A stretch of DNA of 64,000 nt. Source: the human T2T-CHM13v2.0 reference genome, Homo sapiens. The stretch lies in NCBI RefSeq assembly GCF_009914755.1, contig NC_060941.1. One strand, given 5' to 3'. Below the pieces are notes generated by a model. It was given only the letters and a program-made list of their open reading frames with translations. It was not told where the DNA came from and searched no databases. The position numbers and the translations under genes were made by a program. Below are positions 28,384 to 39,764 of the stretch, in pieces (the first letter of the stretch is position 1; every line of letters begins with the position of its first letter).

Positions 28384-28879
28384 GGGGTCGGGGGCGTGGG
28401 GAGTGCTGTGAGTGTGGTGGCTTGCTTAGACCCAGAACTTTCTACAAGCCCTTGACCAGCCGAGCCGGTCACAGCTGCAGACTGTGGCTTGCCTGGGCTG
28501 ACCTGGGGGCCAGATTCCCCTGCGGTTCCGACGCCTCCCTGCCTGTTTACCTCGCCTTACACCAAGAGTGGTGGTGGGGACAGATGGGGAGGGTGGGGGG
28601 GATGGCGCCCTGGGAAATGGATCTCATTTGTGAAACAAGAACCTCCTTGCTCTCTTAACCATATTTGATCCAAAGAGTGTAGCAACTTTCAACCCCAGTG
28701 CTGAAAAATTTCAAAAGCTCCCAAGTGCTGAAACATTCGCAGCGCAACTGAACCCGCATAGACGCCTCTCATAGTGCATGGGGGGTTTCTCTGGGCCGCC
28801 TGGGCTCCTGAATTGCGACCTCTCAAGCGTTCTAAAAGAGGAAAACGCTTTTAGTAAACCCTCAGGAATCCCACAGAGC

Positions 28880-29360
28880 GCACATCCCCGCCCTCCGATT
28901 TCTCCCAGAGAGAGATGGGGCCCCGCCCGGGCTCGGAGCCCACCGCTTCCCTCCCAGGGCGGACTTCGGCCCGCGGGGTACCTGGCTCTGCGCGGGCAGC
29001 AGTCAGGCTTCGGCCGGAGGATCCTGCAGAGCAGCCTGCACAGCCGGGGCCCGGCGGCCTCGCACGCCGCGCCCAGCCCCTCGCGCATGGCCCGGCTCCT
29101 TAGGCGCAGCTCCGCTGGCTCCACGCGCCTCCCAGCGCCCGCGCTTTATCGCTCGGAGCCTGCAGCCCCCGCCCCGGGGGCGGGGCGAGCCGAGCAGCGG
29201 CGGGGGCTCTTCACCCACGCGATGTCCCGGGCCGAGCTGCCCCTCCTTCCCTGCCTTCCCCGGCGATCCCGGGACCCAAGCACCCAGGGGCCCGCAGCCG
29301 GCGTCTGCCGCGGAGTTTGGATGGCACTGGACTGTGTCTGGGCTAAGATGCCCGGGTCGT
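28880..29360. promoter_or_regulatory. Intragenic CpG island, likely alternative promoter
   Basis: Very high GC and CpG density against a CpG-poor background; GC boxes at 29167-29185; GATAAAG on the minus strand at 29144-29150. Confidence 0.85.
28982..29088 (-). CDS. NOS2: Coding part of a putative alternative first exon of NOS2 in the intron-2 CpG island (MREGLGAACEAAGPRLCRLLCRILRPKPDCCPRRA)
   Basis: gccATGc start; 107 nt = 35 codons + 2; donor CAG|gtaccc has the same phase as the exon 2 donor, so it joins exon 3 in frame. Confidence 0.7.
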
Positions 29361-30095
29361 GTTGGGCCTCGTGTTTGTTTATTCCCCATAAAATCGCAAT
29401 AAAGCTTATGATAATTACCACCATTGCGCGGTGCTTTCTAGTTTACAGAGCAAATTTCCTTTCTGTCATTTCGTCCAGTCTCGTTAAGCAGACAGCTCTA
29501 CGTTGTCATCTCCACTTTATTGAGGCATTAGCTGGGGCCAGAGAGATTAAGGATCTTGTCCAGGGCCACACAGCAGCCCCAGGACCACAGCCCAGCCTAA
29601 GCTCACACCACCTCACAAGGCTGTCCCGGGAAGTGTTATATTACTTGTTACATACAGCATGTTCTGTGCGATTCCAGAAAAGAAACCAAAGAAAGCACTG
29701 GGTTAGGGGTGACTTCTAGTAGGAATATTGCAGGAGGGATCGTAAGCCCCTTCCGGTGCCTTGCAGGCCCCTTGTCCTTGCTACCTGGACTGCGCAGAGC
29801 CTCCTGACTTTGCTCCGCCTGTAAGGTGCTCCTTATCTCAAGCAAGATAACAGGTAGGGTCCAGACCCAGATGGGGCAGCAGCCCTGGACCTCAACATGC
29901 AGGGGGCCCTTCTGGCAGTATGCAAGCACATTAAATCCCGAACCCCAGTTAAAGCAGAATGAAAGAGGGCACATATTTATTTCTAGCCAACTGCAGCCCA
30001 GCAAGCAACACATAGCTCGACTTGGTTCTGAATTCCATGTGTCTTCACCTAGATGCTCCCACATTTGCCTTTGTCCCTAAAATACACACATGCGT

Positions 30096-30104
30096 ACACA
30101 CACA

Positions 30105-30143
<39 letters not shown>
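30096..30143. repeat. (CA)n microsatellite (intron 2)
   Basis: Read directly. Confidence 0.92.
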
Positions 30144-30144
<1 letters not shown>

Positions 30145-31567
30145 ATGCTCATTTCCTAATTGTTTACGAAGGTATAGAATCACCAGTCACTTAGAATAGG
30201 CTCTTGGTTTCATGACACCTGAACAGATTAGAAAATTACTTTTTAAAATCAAAATATATTCATTGGCTCTCATTGCTTTCAGGATGAAATTCCCTTTGCA
30301 CGGCTGCTTCCTCTTCCAGTAACATCACCCCTCCCTCACCTGAGTGGATGTTGCACTCTGGGTGGACCCACCTCCTCCCCCCAACTCCTCCCCACACTAC
30401 AGCCTGCCCAGGCACCTCTGCAGTCTCCCCAGCAGAGGCCTCTAGCACGGTCCCAGTACACCCACAACTACGACCTCCTGTCTACACTCCATCCCACCTA
30501 CTCCTGACACAATTTCTCCAACTCGCATTCTTCATGTACGTCTCCCAAACCAGCAAGGAAGACATCCGTTTCCCCGTTTCCTTCCTGACAGCAGGAACTG
30601 GGTCATTTTTCTCTGTCTCTTGAACAGTGCAGCACACAGTAGGCCCTCTGGGAGAGCACAGATAGTGTAGATGTTATGAGTTTGGACTTGACTCAAACCT
30701 TAGCTCCACTATTTTCCAGGAATTGACCTCCAGTAAGTCACTCAATCTTGTAAAACAAGGATAATAGTTCCTGTCTCATTATTGACACAGTACTAAGGAC
30801 CTTATAAATGTTATCTATTGTTTTTAGCAGTGGTGTATGTAAGTAATAAGTGGCTCAAACAATTCACTGATGAGCAGAAGGGTTTCATTGATATCTTAAC
30901 TCCCAGCACAGAGCCAGGGGAGTGGGCATCTGCATGTACTCGTCAATGGAATGTGACATGCCCAGGACACAAAGGTGGCAGCCCCATGCAGGGGTCCCTC
31001 TGGACTGCCTGGATCTGAATCCCAGCTCTGTCATTTGCTAATTATGAGATCTTGAAAATTACTTTAACTTTCTGGGCTTCAGGGTCCTCATCTTTAAAAT
31101 GGGATAGCTAAAATTCCTTCCTTGTGGATCGTTGGGAGAGTTGAATGAATTGATGTGTGATATTTTTTTCTTCATCCCCTCTTCTATCTGACTGGATCCT
31201 TTCCGCCAGCCCACCCCAGCATGAAGAGGAGGGGGAAAAACATGGTCAAGTTAGCTGGTTTGTCACATGTCCACTGCAGCTCAGGGCCCTCCCTGGAGTC
31301 TGAACTCATATTTCCTGAATGGTCCAAAGACACAAGTCAGCCCCCAAAGACATAGGGATAACTGGCAATGCTATTAGAGGGTGTGGGGATGAGGGTTAAA
31401 GGCTGCAGCCAACACCGTAAGGGTTTTGGGAGATTCAGGGTGATCCGGAAAGACAGCAGATAGATCACTAGGGCCCAGAGTTCGAGGGCAGCCTGGACAA
31501 CAGAGCAAGATTCTCAGCTTTAAAAGAGAGAGAGAAAGAGAGAAAAGAAAAGGAAAGAAAAAAGAAG

Positions 31568-31893
31568 CCTAGGTGCGGTGGCTCACACCTGTAATAGCAC
31601 TTTGGGAGGCCAAGGCAGGAGAATTGCTTGAGGTCAGGGGTTCGAGACCAGCCTGGCCAATATGGTGAAACACCGTCTCTACTAAAAATACAAAAATTAA
31701 CCAGGCGTGGTGGCACATGCCTGTAGTCCCAGCTACTCAGGAGGCTGAGGTGGGAGAATCGCTTGAACCTGGCAGGTGGAGGTTGCAGTGCAGTGAGCTG
31801 AAATGGAGCCACTACACTGAAGTCTGGGCAACAGAGTGAGACCCTGTCTAAAAATAATAATAATAAAAAATAAAAATAGAAAAGAAAAAAATA
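31568..31893 (+). mobile_element. Alu (intron 2), preceded by an Alu fragment at about 31470-31565
   Basis: Alu consensus. Confidence 0.88.
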
Positions 31894-34095
31894 GGGGATG
31901 AGTTGGGTCTGGATGAGCTGAGGGAGGAATGTGCTATGCACAGGCACTGGGGAGCTGAGGAAGGCTGGGATGGGCAGGTGGGATGGGCTCTCCATTTGGG
32001 TAGGGTGCTCGCTCAGAACTCTGTGGAAGCTTTAATGTGGTGACAGGCAATGGGGAGCCACTGCAGGCTCTAGAATAGGGGCGTGACTTGCTAGAAGTCC
32101 AGTTGGCAAGAGAGAGCTCAGAGCCAGTGTGGGGAGCTGGAGTCAGGGAGGTCAGCTGGCAGCGGCTGCAATGATGAGATGAAGAGAAGGAAGGGGCGAA
32201 GCCACTGCCCCTCTACAGCCCTTAGAATCTGGACATCTAGAGGCCATCAACTCTGTGTTCTCACCTCTTGGTCTCTTAGCCACCTCAGTTGCCATAGCCC
32301 AGACTGCCTGGTTTCAAAGTCCTCTCCTCCAATTCACCTACCACACCACAGCTAGACTGTCCTGCTCAAGAACCTACAATGGCTCCCTACTGCCAGGGAG
32401 AGCGAGTCCAAATCTCCTACCCTGCATTCAAGCCCTTGTGCTCTGGCCTGGCTTTGCCTATCCCAGCCCCCAGCCCACTCCTGGCCAAGCACAGTCAGGC
32501 TCATTTCTGCCTCTGAGCCTCTGCTCACCTCTCCCCTCTTCCTGAATGTCCTTGCTACTCCTCTGCACCTGTCTACATTCTACCCATACTTCAAAGGCCA
32601 CAGAGTCCACCTGACTTCTGTGAAGCCCCTAGAGGGAACTCTGTTCAATTTTGCTCCATCACCTCCTAACTGCCAACACCACCGCTAATGATAGCAATGC
32701 CAACAGTGCCATTTGCTGAGCACTTACTCCAGGCCAGGCCCTGTGCTAAGTTGCTCACATGGGAAAGCTCATTTACTCCTTCCTCCAACTCCAGGAAATC
32801 ACCATTGTTACCCTCTTCTTATAGAGGAGGAAATTGAGGCTCAGAGGCTAGGGGACTTGCCAAAGGTTACAGGGCTACTGAGTGGCAAAGCCACTTGCTC
32901 ATCCCCAAGCCCATCCTCTTAGCCACTGGCATTTTTTGCCGCCTCTGACAGATACACTCAGGGCCGTCATGCTGCACACATCCAGGGGGCGCCCTACCCT
33001 TTGTAGTCCATGGGAAAGGCTCCTCTGGGGCGGTGGGGTTGTGTGGCTATGTGGTGGTCTTGTGTAGACGGGGGCTTTGGTTTCAGTTGCACTATTGCGT
33101 TATTGCAGATTGCTTTGTCTTTCCACCTGAGCGAGCCTCAAGCCTGTCCCTTGACTTGTTCATTAACTGACTCATTCTCTTGGTTCTGCCCTGGGAGGAA
33201 GGATGGGCCCGGGGAGGAGGGACATGAAGAATCCAAATCTGGGCTCAAGTTCCAACTCTGTAAACTCTGTAATTACCGGTCATTCAGGCTGGGGGAAGTC
33301 ATAATCCTATTAGAGCTTCTATTTCCTTATCTGTGAAATGAGTCAATCATATGAACTTCAAAGAGCCGCCACAGAGATCAGTTGAGATGCAAAGTCTGTC
33401 AAGTGGCCTGTGTAGCTCTGGCAAGGGCAGGTACTCAGTAGATGGTGATGAACCCTGATGTGGACTAAGTGTCTGTTCTGTGTGGGCACAGTGCTGAGTG
33501 CTGTAGATCTCATTTCATCCTCAGCACACTATGGTGAGGGCCCCCTTGGGTTCCTCATACCACAGGTGAGCACTAAGTTTCAGAGAGGTTAACTTACCCT
33601 GCGTCACACAGCTGGCTAGAGGCAGCACCCGGCAACTAGTGCGGCCAGCACAGGGCTTGGAACTAGTTTGTCTAACATCCTGATGCCCTTCACCAGGATG
33701 ATATTCAAAGCATCTAGCAAGCGGTGAATTGGAATGGACGCAGGCCAGGATGCTGACCCTCCACCCCCACCCCTCCGCCATGGTGCCCACCACGAGGCTC
33801 TACTGCCTCCCATTCTCAGGCCAAGCTCCTTCCCATATTCTTCCCCAAAGATTCCAAGCTTCTTCAGGGCCAGCCCCGCACCATGTCCCTTCCTTCTTCA
33901 CATACCGTCAGGCACAGCGAGGTGCCCAATAATCAGCGGCTGCATTGAATTCCAACAGGGACTTTCAAGAAGCAATGAGGAGATCAGACCTCAGGTGAGA
34001 GAGGAGGAGCAGAGAGAGGAATTCTGAGTCATCGGTGCCGACAGGGCATGGGTGCCCAAGGAGACAAGCAGGAGGTTCCCCCAGGGAAAACTCAC

Positions 34096-34205
34096 CTGGA
34101 GGTGGCACAGGGGGCTTTCTCCACATTGTTGTTGATGTCTTTTTCCCCATTCATTGCATACTGGTGGAATTTGGTCTTGAACAGAAATTTCCAAGGACAG
34201 GCCAT
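34096..34205 (-). CDS. NOS2: NOS2 exon 2 coding part (110 nt; whole exon 34096-34278), with start codon and DINNN motif (34125-34139)
   Basis: MACPWKFLFKTKFHQYAMNGEKDINNNVEKAPCATS; CAG|gtgagt donor. Confidence 0.98.
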
Positions 34206-34957
34206 CTCTATGGCTTTACAAAGCAGGTCACTTATGTCACTTATCTGGATTTGAGCTCAGATGTTCTTCACTGTGGGGCTGAAGAAGGGAAGCAGAGGTG
34301 AGGGAAGGTTGAAGAAGAGTTTACAGAACAGGGCTTCTCAGTGGGGTTGGCTCACTGGGGAATCGATATGAACGCCAGCATGAGCCCCTTCATCAATGCT
34401 TTGCAACCTCTGTCTCTATTTCGGGGTTGGAATGGGGAGCCTTCGGACACAGACTTCAATTCTGTAAAGCCACCTAATAATCTTAAGGAAAAACAATGAA
34501 CCCCCCCATCCCCATCGCCACTTAACAAGGACAAACTGTATGCACCATGAGCCTCCTTAGCGGGACCTGCTGGCCCACCAGACCCAGCCAGGCTTCATCA
34601 CTGGCCACAGGCAGGGTGAGGAAGAGCCCGGAGGTCGTTGAAACAGGGGTGCCTTTGCCTGACCCTGAAAGACACTTCCCAGCAGCTCTCATTATCAACT
34701 GTAGTTTTAGGTCTGTTACTGGGGAAAGCACTCAAGCTGTAGCTACCTTTCTTTTAAAGATTTTGCAGTTGTTGTTCTAACTCAGCATTATTACTTGCTC
34801 CTCTTTTATTATGTGGGGAGGAAATATTTGTGAAAAATGCACTCATCCCTCGAAATCTGAGATCATCTCCTTTGAAACAGACAAGAGGAAGATCAAAGAG
34901 GCAAAAACTCTGTCTTTAGAAGACAGTGTAGTGAATATAGTCCATGTAAGAATTTTA

Positions 34958-35279
34958 GGCCAAGTGCAGTGGCTCACGCCTGTAATCCCAGCATTTCGGG
35001 AGACCGAGGCAGGAGGATCGCTTGAGTCCAAGAGTTCGAGTTCAGCCTGGGCAACATAGGGAGACCTTGACTACAAAAAATTGAAAAATTAGCCAGGCAG
35101 GCATGGTGTCTTGTGCCTGTAGTCCCAGCTACTCGGGAGGCTGAGGCAGAAGGATTGCTTGAGGCTGGGCAGTCAAGGCTGTTTCCAAAAAAAAAAAAAG
35201 AAAGAAAGGGAAGGGAAGGGAGGGGAAGGGAGGAAAGGACAGGAAGGAAAGGAAGGAAAGAGGGAAAGAAAGAAAAGAA
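34958..35279 (+). mobile_element. Alu with 3' deletion and GA-rich tail (intron 1)
   Basis: Alu consensus followed by a purine-only tract. Confidence 0.88.
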
Positions 35280-35735
35280 CTTATAGCCCCATAGACCTGG
35301 GTTCAAATCCTGGAATCCTAGCTCTACCAGTTATGTGTCCTGGATCAAGTTATTTAACTGAAACTCATTTATTCATCCATAAAATGGGTTTAATATATCC
35401 ATCTTACCAGGATTTGTGGGGAGGTTACATGTTATAAGGACTGATAAGATAATCTCTGTTAAAAAAAATTCTTAGCAGATACAAACTCCCATTTTGAACT
35501 TTTCAGAAAGTTTTTCCTTGTCATGTAACAACCACAGCTAATATTTGCAGAAAAGAAATCTGACCAAGATGCCATGTTCAAATGACCAAACCTCATGTCG
35601 GCATTTTTTTACCTAGACTTTCCAACACCTTCTCTCTGTAGGCAGAAAATTCCCACAATTTTCTGAGCCTTCTCAAAGAGGAAGAAACAAAACCCTCTCA
35701 AAACAGCCGCTTCCCCAGAAATGAAGGCAACTCAC

Positions 35736-35926
35736 CTTGCAGCTGGCTGCACTGCCTCCCCGGGGTAAGGACAGTCAAACCAGGAAGAGACCTGTGCCTT
35801 GAGAACTTCGGGACTGTCTAGAACTGCCCAGTCCCCTCATCAAAGGTGGCCGAGAGATTTTAAAGCAGGAATGAGGCTGAGTTCTCTGGGGCCGGAGCCT
35901 CAGTTTTCGACTCGCTACAAAGTTAT
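35736..35926 (-). other. NOS2: NOS2 exon 1 (5' UTR), TSS about 35926
   Basis: Matches the recalled iNOS mRNA 5' end ATAACTTTGTAGCGAGTC...; donor AAG|gtgagt at 35735; TATA 30 nt upstream. Confidence 0.93.
35775..35840 (-). CDS. Upstream ORF in NOS2 exon 1 (MRGLGSSRQSRSSQGTGLFLV*)
   Basis: ATG at 35840-35838 and TGA at 35777-35775; 21 aa. Confidence 0.7.
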   Translation of the reverse strand: MRGLGSSRQSRSSQGTGLFLV

Positions 35927-35948
35927 GAACACACTGGCAGCCAAGAAG

Positions 35949-35956
35949 TATTTATA
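35949..35956 (-). promoter_or_regulatory. TATA box
   Basis: TATAAATA at -30 to -23. Confidence 0.93.
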
Positions 35957-35983
35957 CTCACCCCATGCCATCCAGAGAGTTGT

Positions 35984-35991
35984 TTTTGCAT
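35984..35991 (-). promoter_or_regulatory. Proximal octamer-like site
   Basis: ATGCAAAA at about -60. Confidence 0.7.
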
Positions 35992-36032
35992 AAAGGTCTC
36001 TTTTTTTTTTTTTTTTTTTTTGGTTTCCAAAG

Positions 36033-36042
36033 GGAGTGTCCC
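36033..36042 (-). promoter_or_regulatory. Proximal NF-kB site
   Basis: GGGACACTCC at about -116 to -107. Confidence 0.85.
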
Positions 36043-36652
36043 CAGCTTGTGTACAGTTAGCTAATTTATGACTGTGACTGCCAGGGCCTGTGGGTGACCT
36101 GATCTTGCTGTTACATCACTCTGTGTGGTGCCTCTTCACCCAACCCACCTCTTTCTGGTCCCAAGTCCAAGGTGGCAGTTCATCAGCAGGGTGGCTGCTA
36201 AGACAGAGGCACCACGGAGCCAGGTTTTATTTGGCCAAGCCACATGGCCTCACTTTCAGCATCTGGGAGATTTTTTCCTCAGCAGGGAGCTCTCTGGTTA
36301 ATCCCTGTCCATCCTCTCACTTTTCCAGCTTGTGACAGGAGTCCAGGAAGCTGGGGGAATATTGACAGTATGGAACACACTGGAAAATGCCCAGGTTCCA
36401 GAAGGCCAGTGATATTAGATGATGCCATTATTCCAGACAGGCCTCTGAACTAGTCACTTGAGGTTTTTGGAAGGGAAAGGAAGGAAGGCTATTGGCACAG
36501 AGAGGCCTCTGAGATGTTGGTCTTACTAACACCTCATCCTTTAGCACTAGGTAAGCTTTGGTGGAATGGCAGGTAGGATTAAATTCCTTCCCTTATAATG
36601 GAAATGATCACTTCTTACATGAAAAAGTGGTAATTTCTTATAATTTCATTTC

Positions 36653-36963
36653 ATTTATTTTATTTATTTATTTATTTTTGAGATGGAGTCTCATTCTGTC
36701 ACCAAGACTGGAGCGGAGTGGCACGATCTCTGCTCATTGCAACTTCTGCCTCCCAGGCTCAAGCGATCCTCCCACCTCAGCCTCCTGAGTAGCTGGGACT
36801 ACAGGCATGCACCACCACACCCAGCTAATATTTTTGTGTTTTTGGTAGAGACTGGGTTTCACCATGTTGTCCATGCTGGTCTCGAACTCTGAAGCTCAAG
36901 TGATCTGCCCACTTCAGCCTCTCAAAGTGCTAGGATTACAAGGGTTAGCCACAATGCCCGGCC
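36653..36963 (-). mobile_element. Alu in the promoter whose tail forms the (TAAA/TAAAA)n repeat at about -0.73 kb
   Basis: Alu body; TSD TATAATTTCATT at 36639-36650 and 36964-36975; tail 36653-36679. Confidence 0.9.
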
Positions 36964-38144
36964 TATAATTTCATTCCTTATAATGCCTGAAATACAGTAT
37001 TCCCATACATATGCATTTTTCCATCATAAAAGTAAAATAACAACTACATTAGGGAGAAGTTGAGAAGCAAAGGGAAAAAAAGTCACCCTTGATCTCACCG
37101 TCCCAACACTTTGCTACCACTGTCCACTCATTTCCTTCTTGTCTTTCCCAAGTTAAATTCAGCATAATATATTAACTTTGTCAAAGATAAACTAAGAGCC
37201 ACAAAAAAGACATGGATATCAGAGCTCAAGGATCTTTGTTGAGTGAATGTGTGGATGAATGAATGAAAAATAGGAGTAAACTGGAATGAGTTTTAACATA
37301 TCAAAGCCATCTTCCCTTCAGGCTTCAGCTCAATGCTGCGGCTCAATGCTGCGGCTTAGAGCTCTGGCTTATGGAGCATCTGCCACGAAGAGCAATGCAT
37401 TTTAGAAAGTGACAAGATGGCCGGGCGTGGTGGTTCATGCCGGTTCAGTTCAGGTAAACAGCACTCAGGGAAAGAGTCAGAATCCTGGCCTTAGGGAGTG
37501 CAAGGCCTAGAAAAATAAATGGATAATTATAGTACAGAGTGATATCTGTAGTGATGGAGGGATGGTATGGTGCTGATGTAGCTGGTTCTGCCTTGTTCAA
37601 GGAAAGTTTACAAGGGAGAGGACACCAGGGCAGGGTTTTGAGGGATGATTAGGAGTTTGCTACACTCTATTCCCTGTAGCTGCTTTCACATATTCTGGCT
37701 ATACCTGCAGCAAACACATGTATTAACACATTTAATGCCCCCACCCAAGAGCCTCTGAGGGGGATACTACTATTTGCTATTCATGGAATCCTCAAGAATC
37801 CCATCTACTTGGCCTCAAAGCACTTCGTTGATTTTCCTTCAGAAAATGCAGTTATTCAGTTATGTGATCTGTCAAACATGTCACCTCAGGTGCCCCTCTA
37901 ACACAGCGTCTGCTTGGTGTGGCATTCTTGACCTGTGGCAGGGTTTGAGTCCAAGCACCAGGCTTGAGGACACATTTGGAATTAGCCAGCTGGGAAGGAA
38001 ATATAATTTCTCCTCAATCATCTTAAGTTATTTGTTGGGAAAGACACTGTAACAAAAGACAGATTAATAATAGAGAAAAAAAAGCAAGTTTGTTAATGTC
38101 TGTGATGCACACCACGCAGGAGAAGCCTCAGTGAAAGTAACTCA

Positions 38145-38500
<356 letters not shown>

Positions 38501-38521
38501 AAAAAAAAGAGGGAAAGGAGG

Positions 38522-38586
38522 AAAGGAAAGGAAAGGAAAGGAAAGGAAAGGAAAGGAAAGGAAAGGAAAGGAAAGGAAAGGAAAGG
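38522..38586. repeat. NOS2 promoter pentanucleotide microsatellite (CCTTT)13 at about -2.6 kb
   Basis: 13 perfect AAAGG units on the + strand. Confidence 0.97.
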
Positions 38587-39525
38587 AAAAGAAAGGAAAG
38601 GAAAGAGAGAAAGAAAGAAAGAAGAGAAAGGTGACAAGACGAATGCAGTTGTAGGCTTCCAGGGGTGGCAAGCTGTGAGAAGGTAAACATGTGGAAGTGA
38701 GCTAAGGAGTAGGATAGCAAGGTTTGTTTGTATTTGTAGATGGCTCTGGTGCCATCTCTGAGCTGATAAAAGTTATCTTCTCATCTTGATGCTGGGAAAG
38801 CATCTTTCTCCAAGGAATGTTTATGGCTTGCTGCAGGCAGGACAGGGCAGTTCAGATAGCCCTCTCTCTAGCTGCTCTTTCTCAAATGCCTTCAGCTGGA
38901 GATAATCAGGATGCCATATCGGCATATCTGGGCGTGGCATGTTCTGGTTTCCTTTAGCCTGAAAGGTCCCAGGTTCGAGGCACAGCTTCACTGCTGACCT
39001 ACCATGTGATCTTGGAAAAGCCACTTCTCTCTGGGCCTGACTTTTCTCGTGACAAAAGGTGATAAAAATAAAAGTAAATAAACGAGATACAAGAAAATGC
39101 TTTGAGCCATTGAGCAAAAAGTCAGCCAAGTAAGAATTTATTATCCTTGCTGGGAGTCAGAGAGTAACAATTTCCCTTTTGACAAAGAGCAAGTGGATGC
39201 CAGGACTTGCCTTCTGAAGTATCCTTCCTCAGACAGGTCCCCGTCCCACCACAAACACCTGCTTTTAAATTCCCGGTCCTCTCTCTCCCTTTGTAACATT
39301 AAATTCATGTATGTATTTTTAATTTTTAATTGGAATAAATTTCACATAACATAAAATTACCAATTAACTATTTTAAAGTGTAAAATGCAATGGTTTTTAG
39401 AATATTCACAATGTTGTATAACCATGACCACTATCCCAATCCTCTCTTAACCGGCAAATAGGAAGAGGAGGAGAGTAAAAATAGTGATAATGATTGTGAT
39501 GATACACAGAGGTTAGGAGACTCAC

Positions 39526-39747
39526 CAAGGTCACACAGCAAACAGCCTTCAAGCCGGGACAAACAGTGAGCTTCTGGTACCCTCCCCAGAGCGCCTGTCT
39601 GCAGGGTCCAGGGCTGGCCCCCTCCTGGAGGTTGGCAAGTCTCCTACGGCTTCCTGGGCCTGCACGGCTGCCTTCTTCTTGGCCCTGCCCACCCAGCAGG
39701 CCACATTCCTGGCCTCTTCTGATGATGGATGCAGCAGGTGAATTCTG
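39526..39747 (-). other. Candidate upstream internal exon (222 nt, phase 0-0, open frame)
   Basis: Acceptor ctctttgatttctccccag|CAG; donor TTG|gtgagt; no stop in 74 codons. Confidence 0.5.
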
Positions 39748-39757
39748 CTGGGGAGAA

Positions 39758-39764
39758 ATCAAAG
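39758..39764 (-). promoter_or_regulatory. TCF/LEF site at about -3.8 kb
   Basis: CTTTGAT consensus at the position I recall for the iNOS Wnt-response element. Confidence 0.6.

Noticed and set aside
28778-29719. 313-aa + strand ORF, the longest in the track
   Set aside because: It crosses the GC-rich CpG island, where stops are scarce, and runs into MIR-like sequence. It has no recognisable domain and is most likely a compositional artefact.
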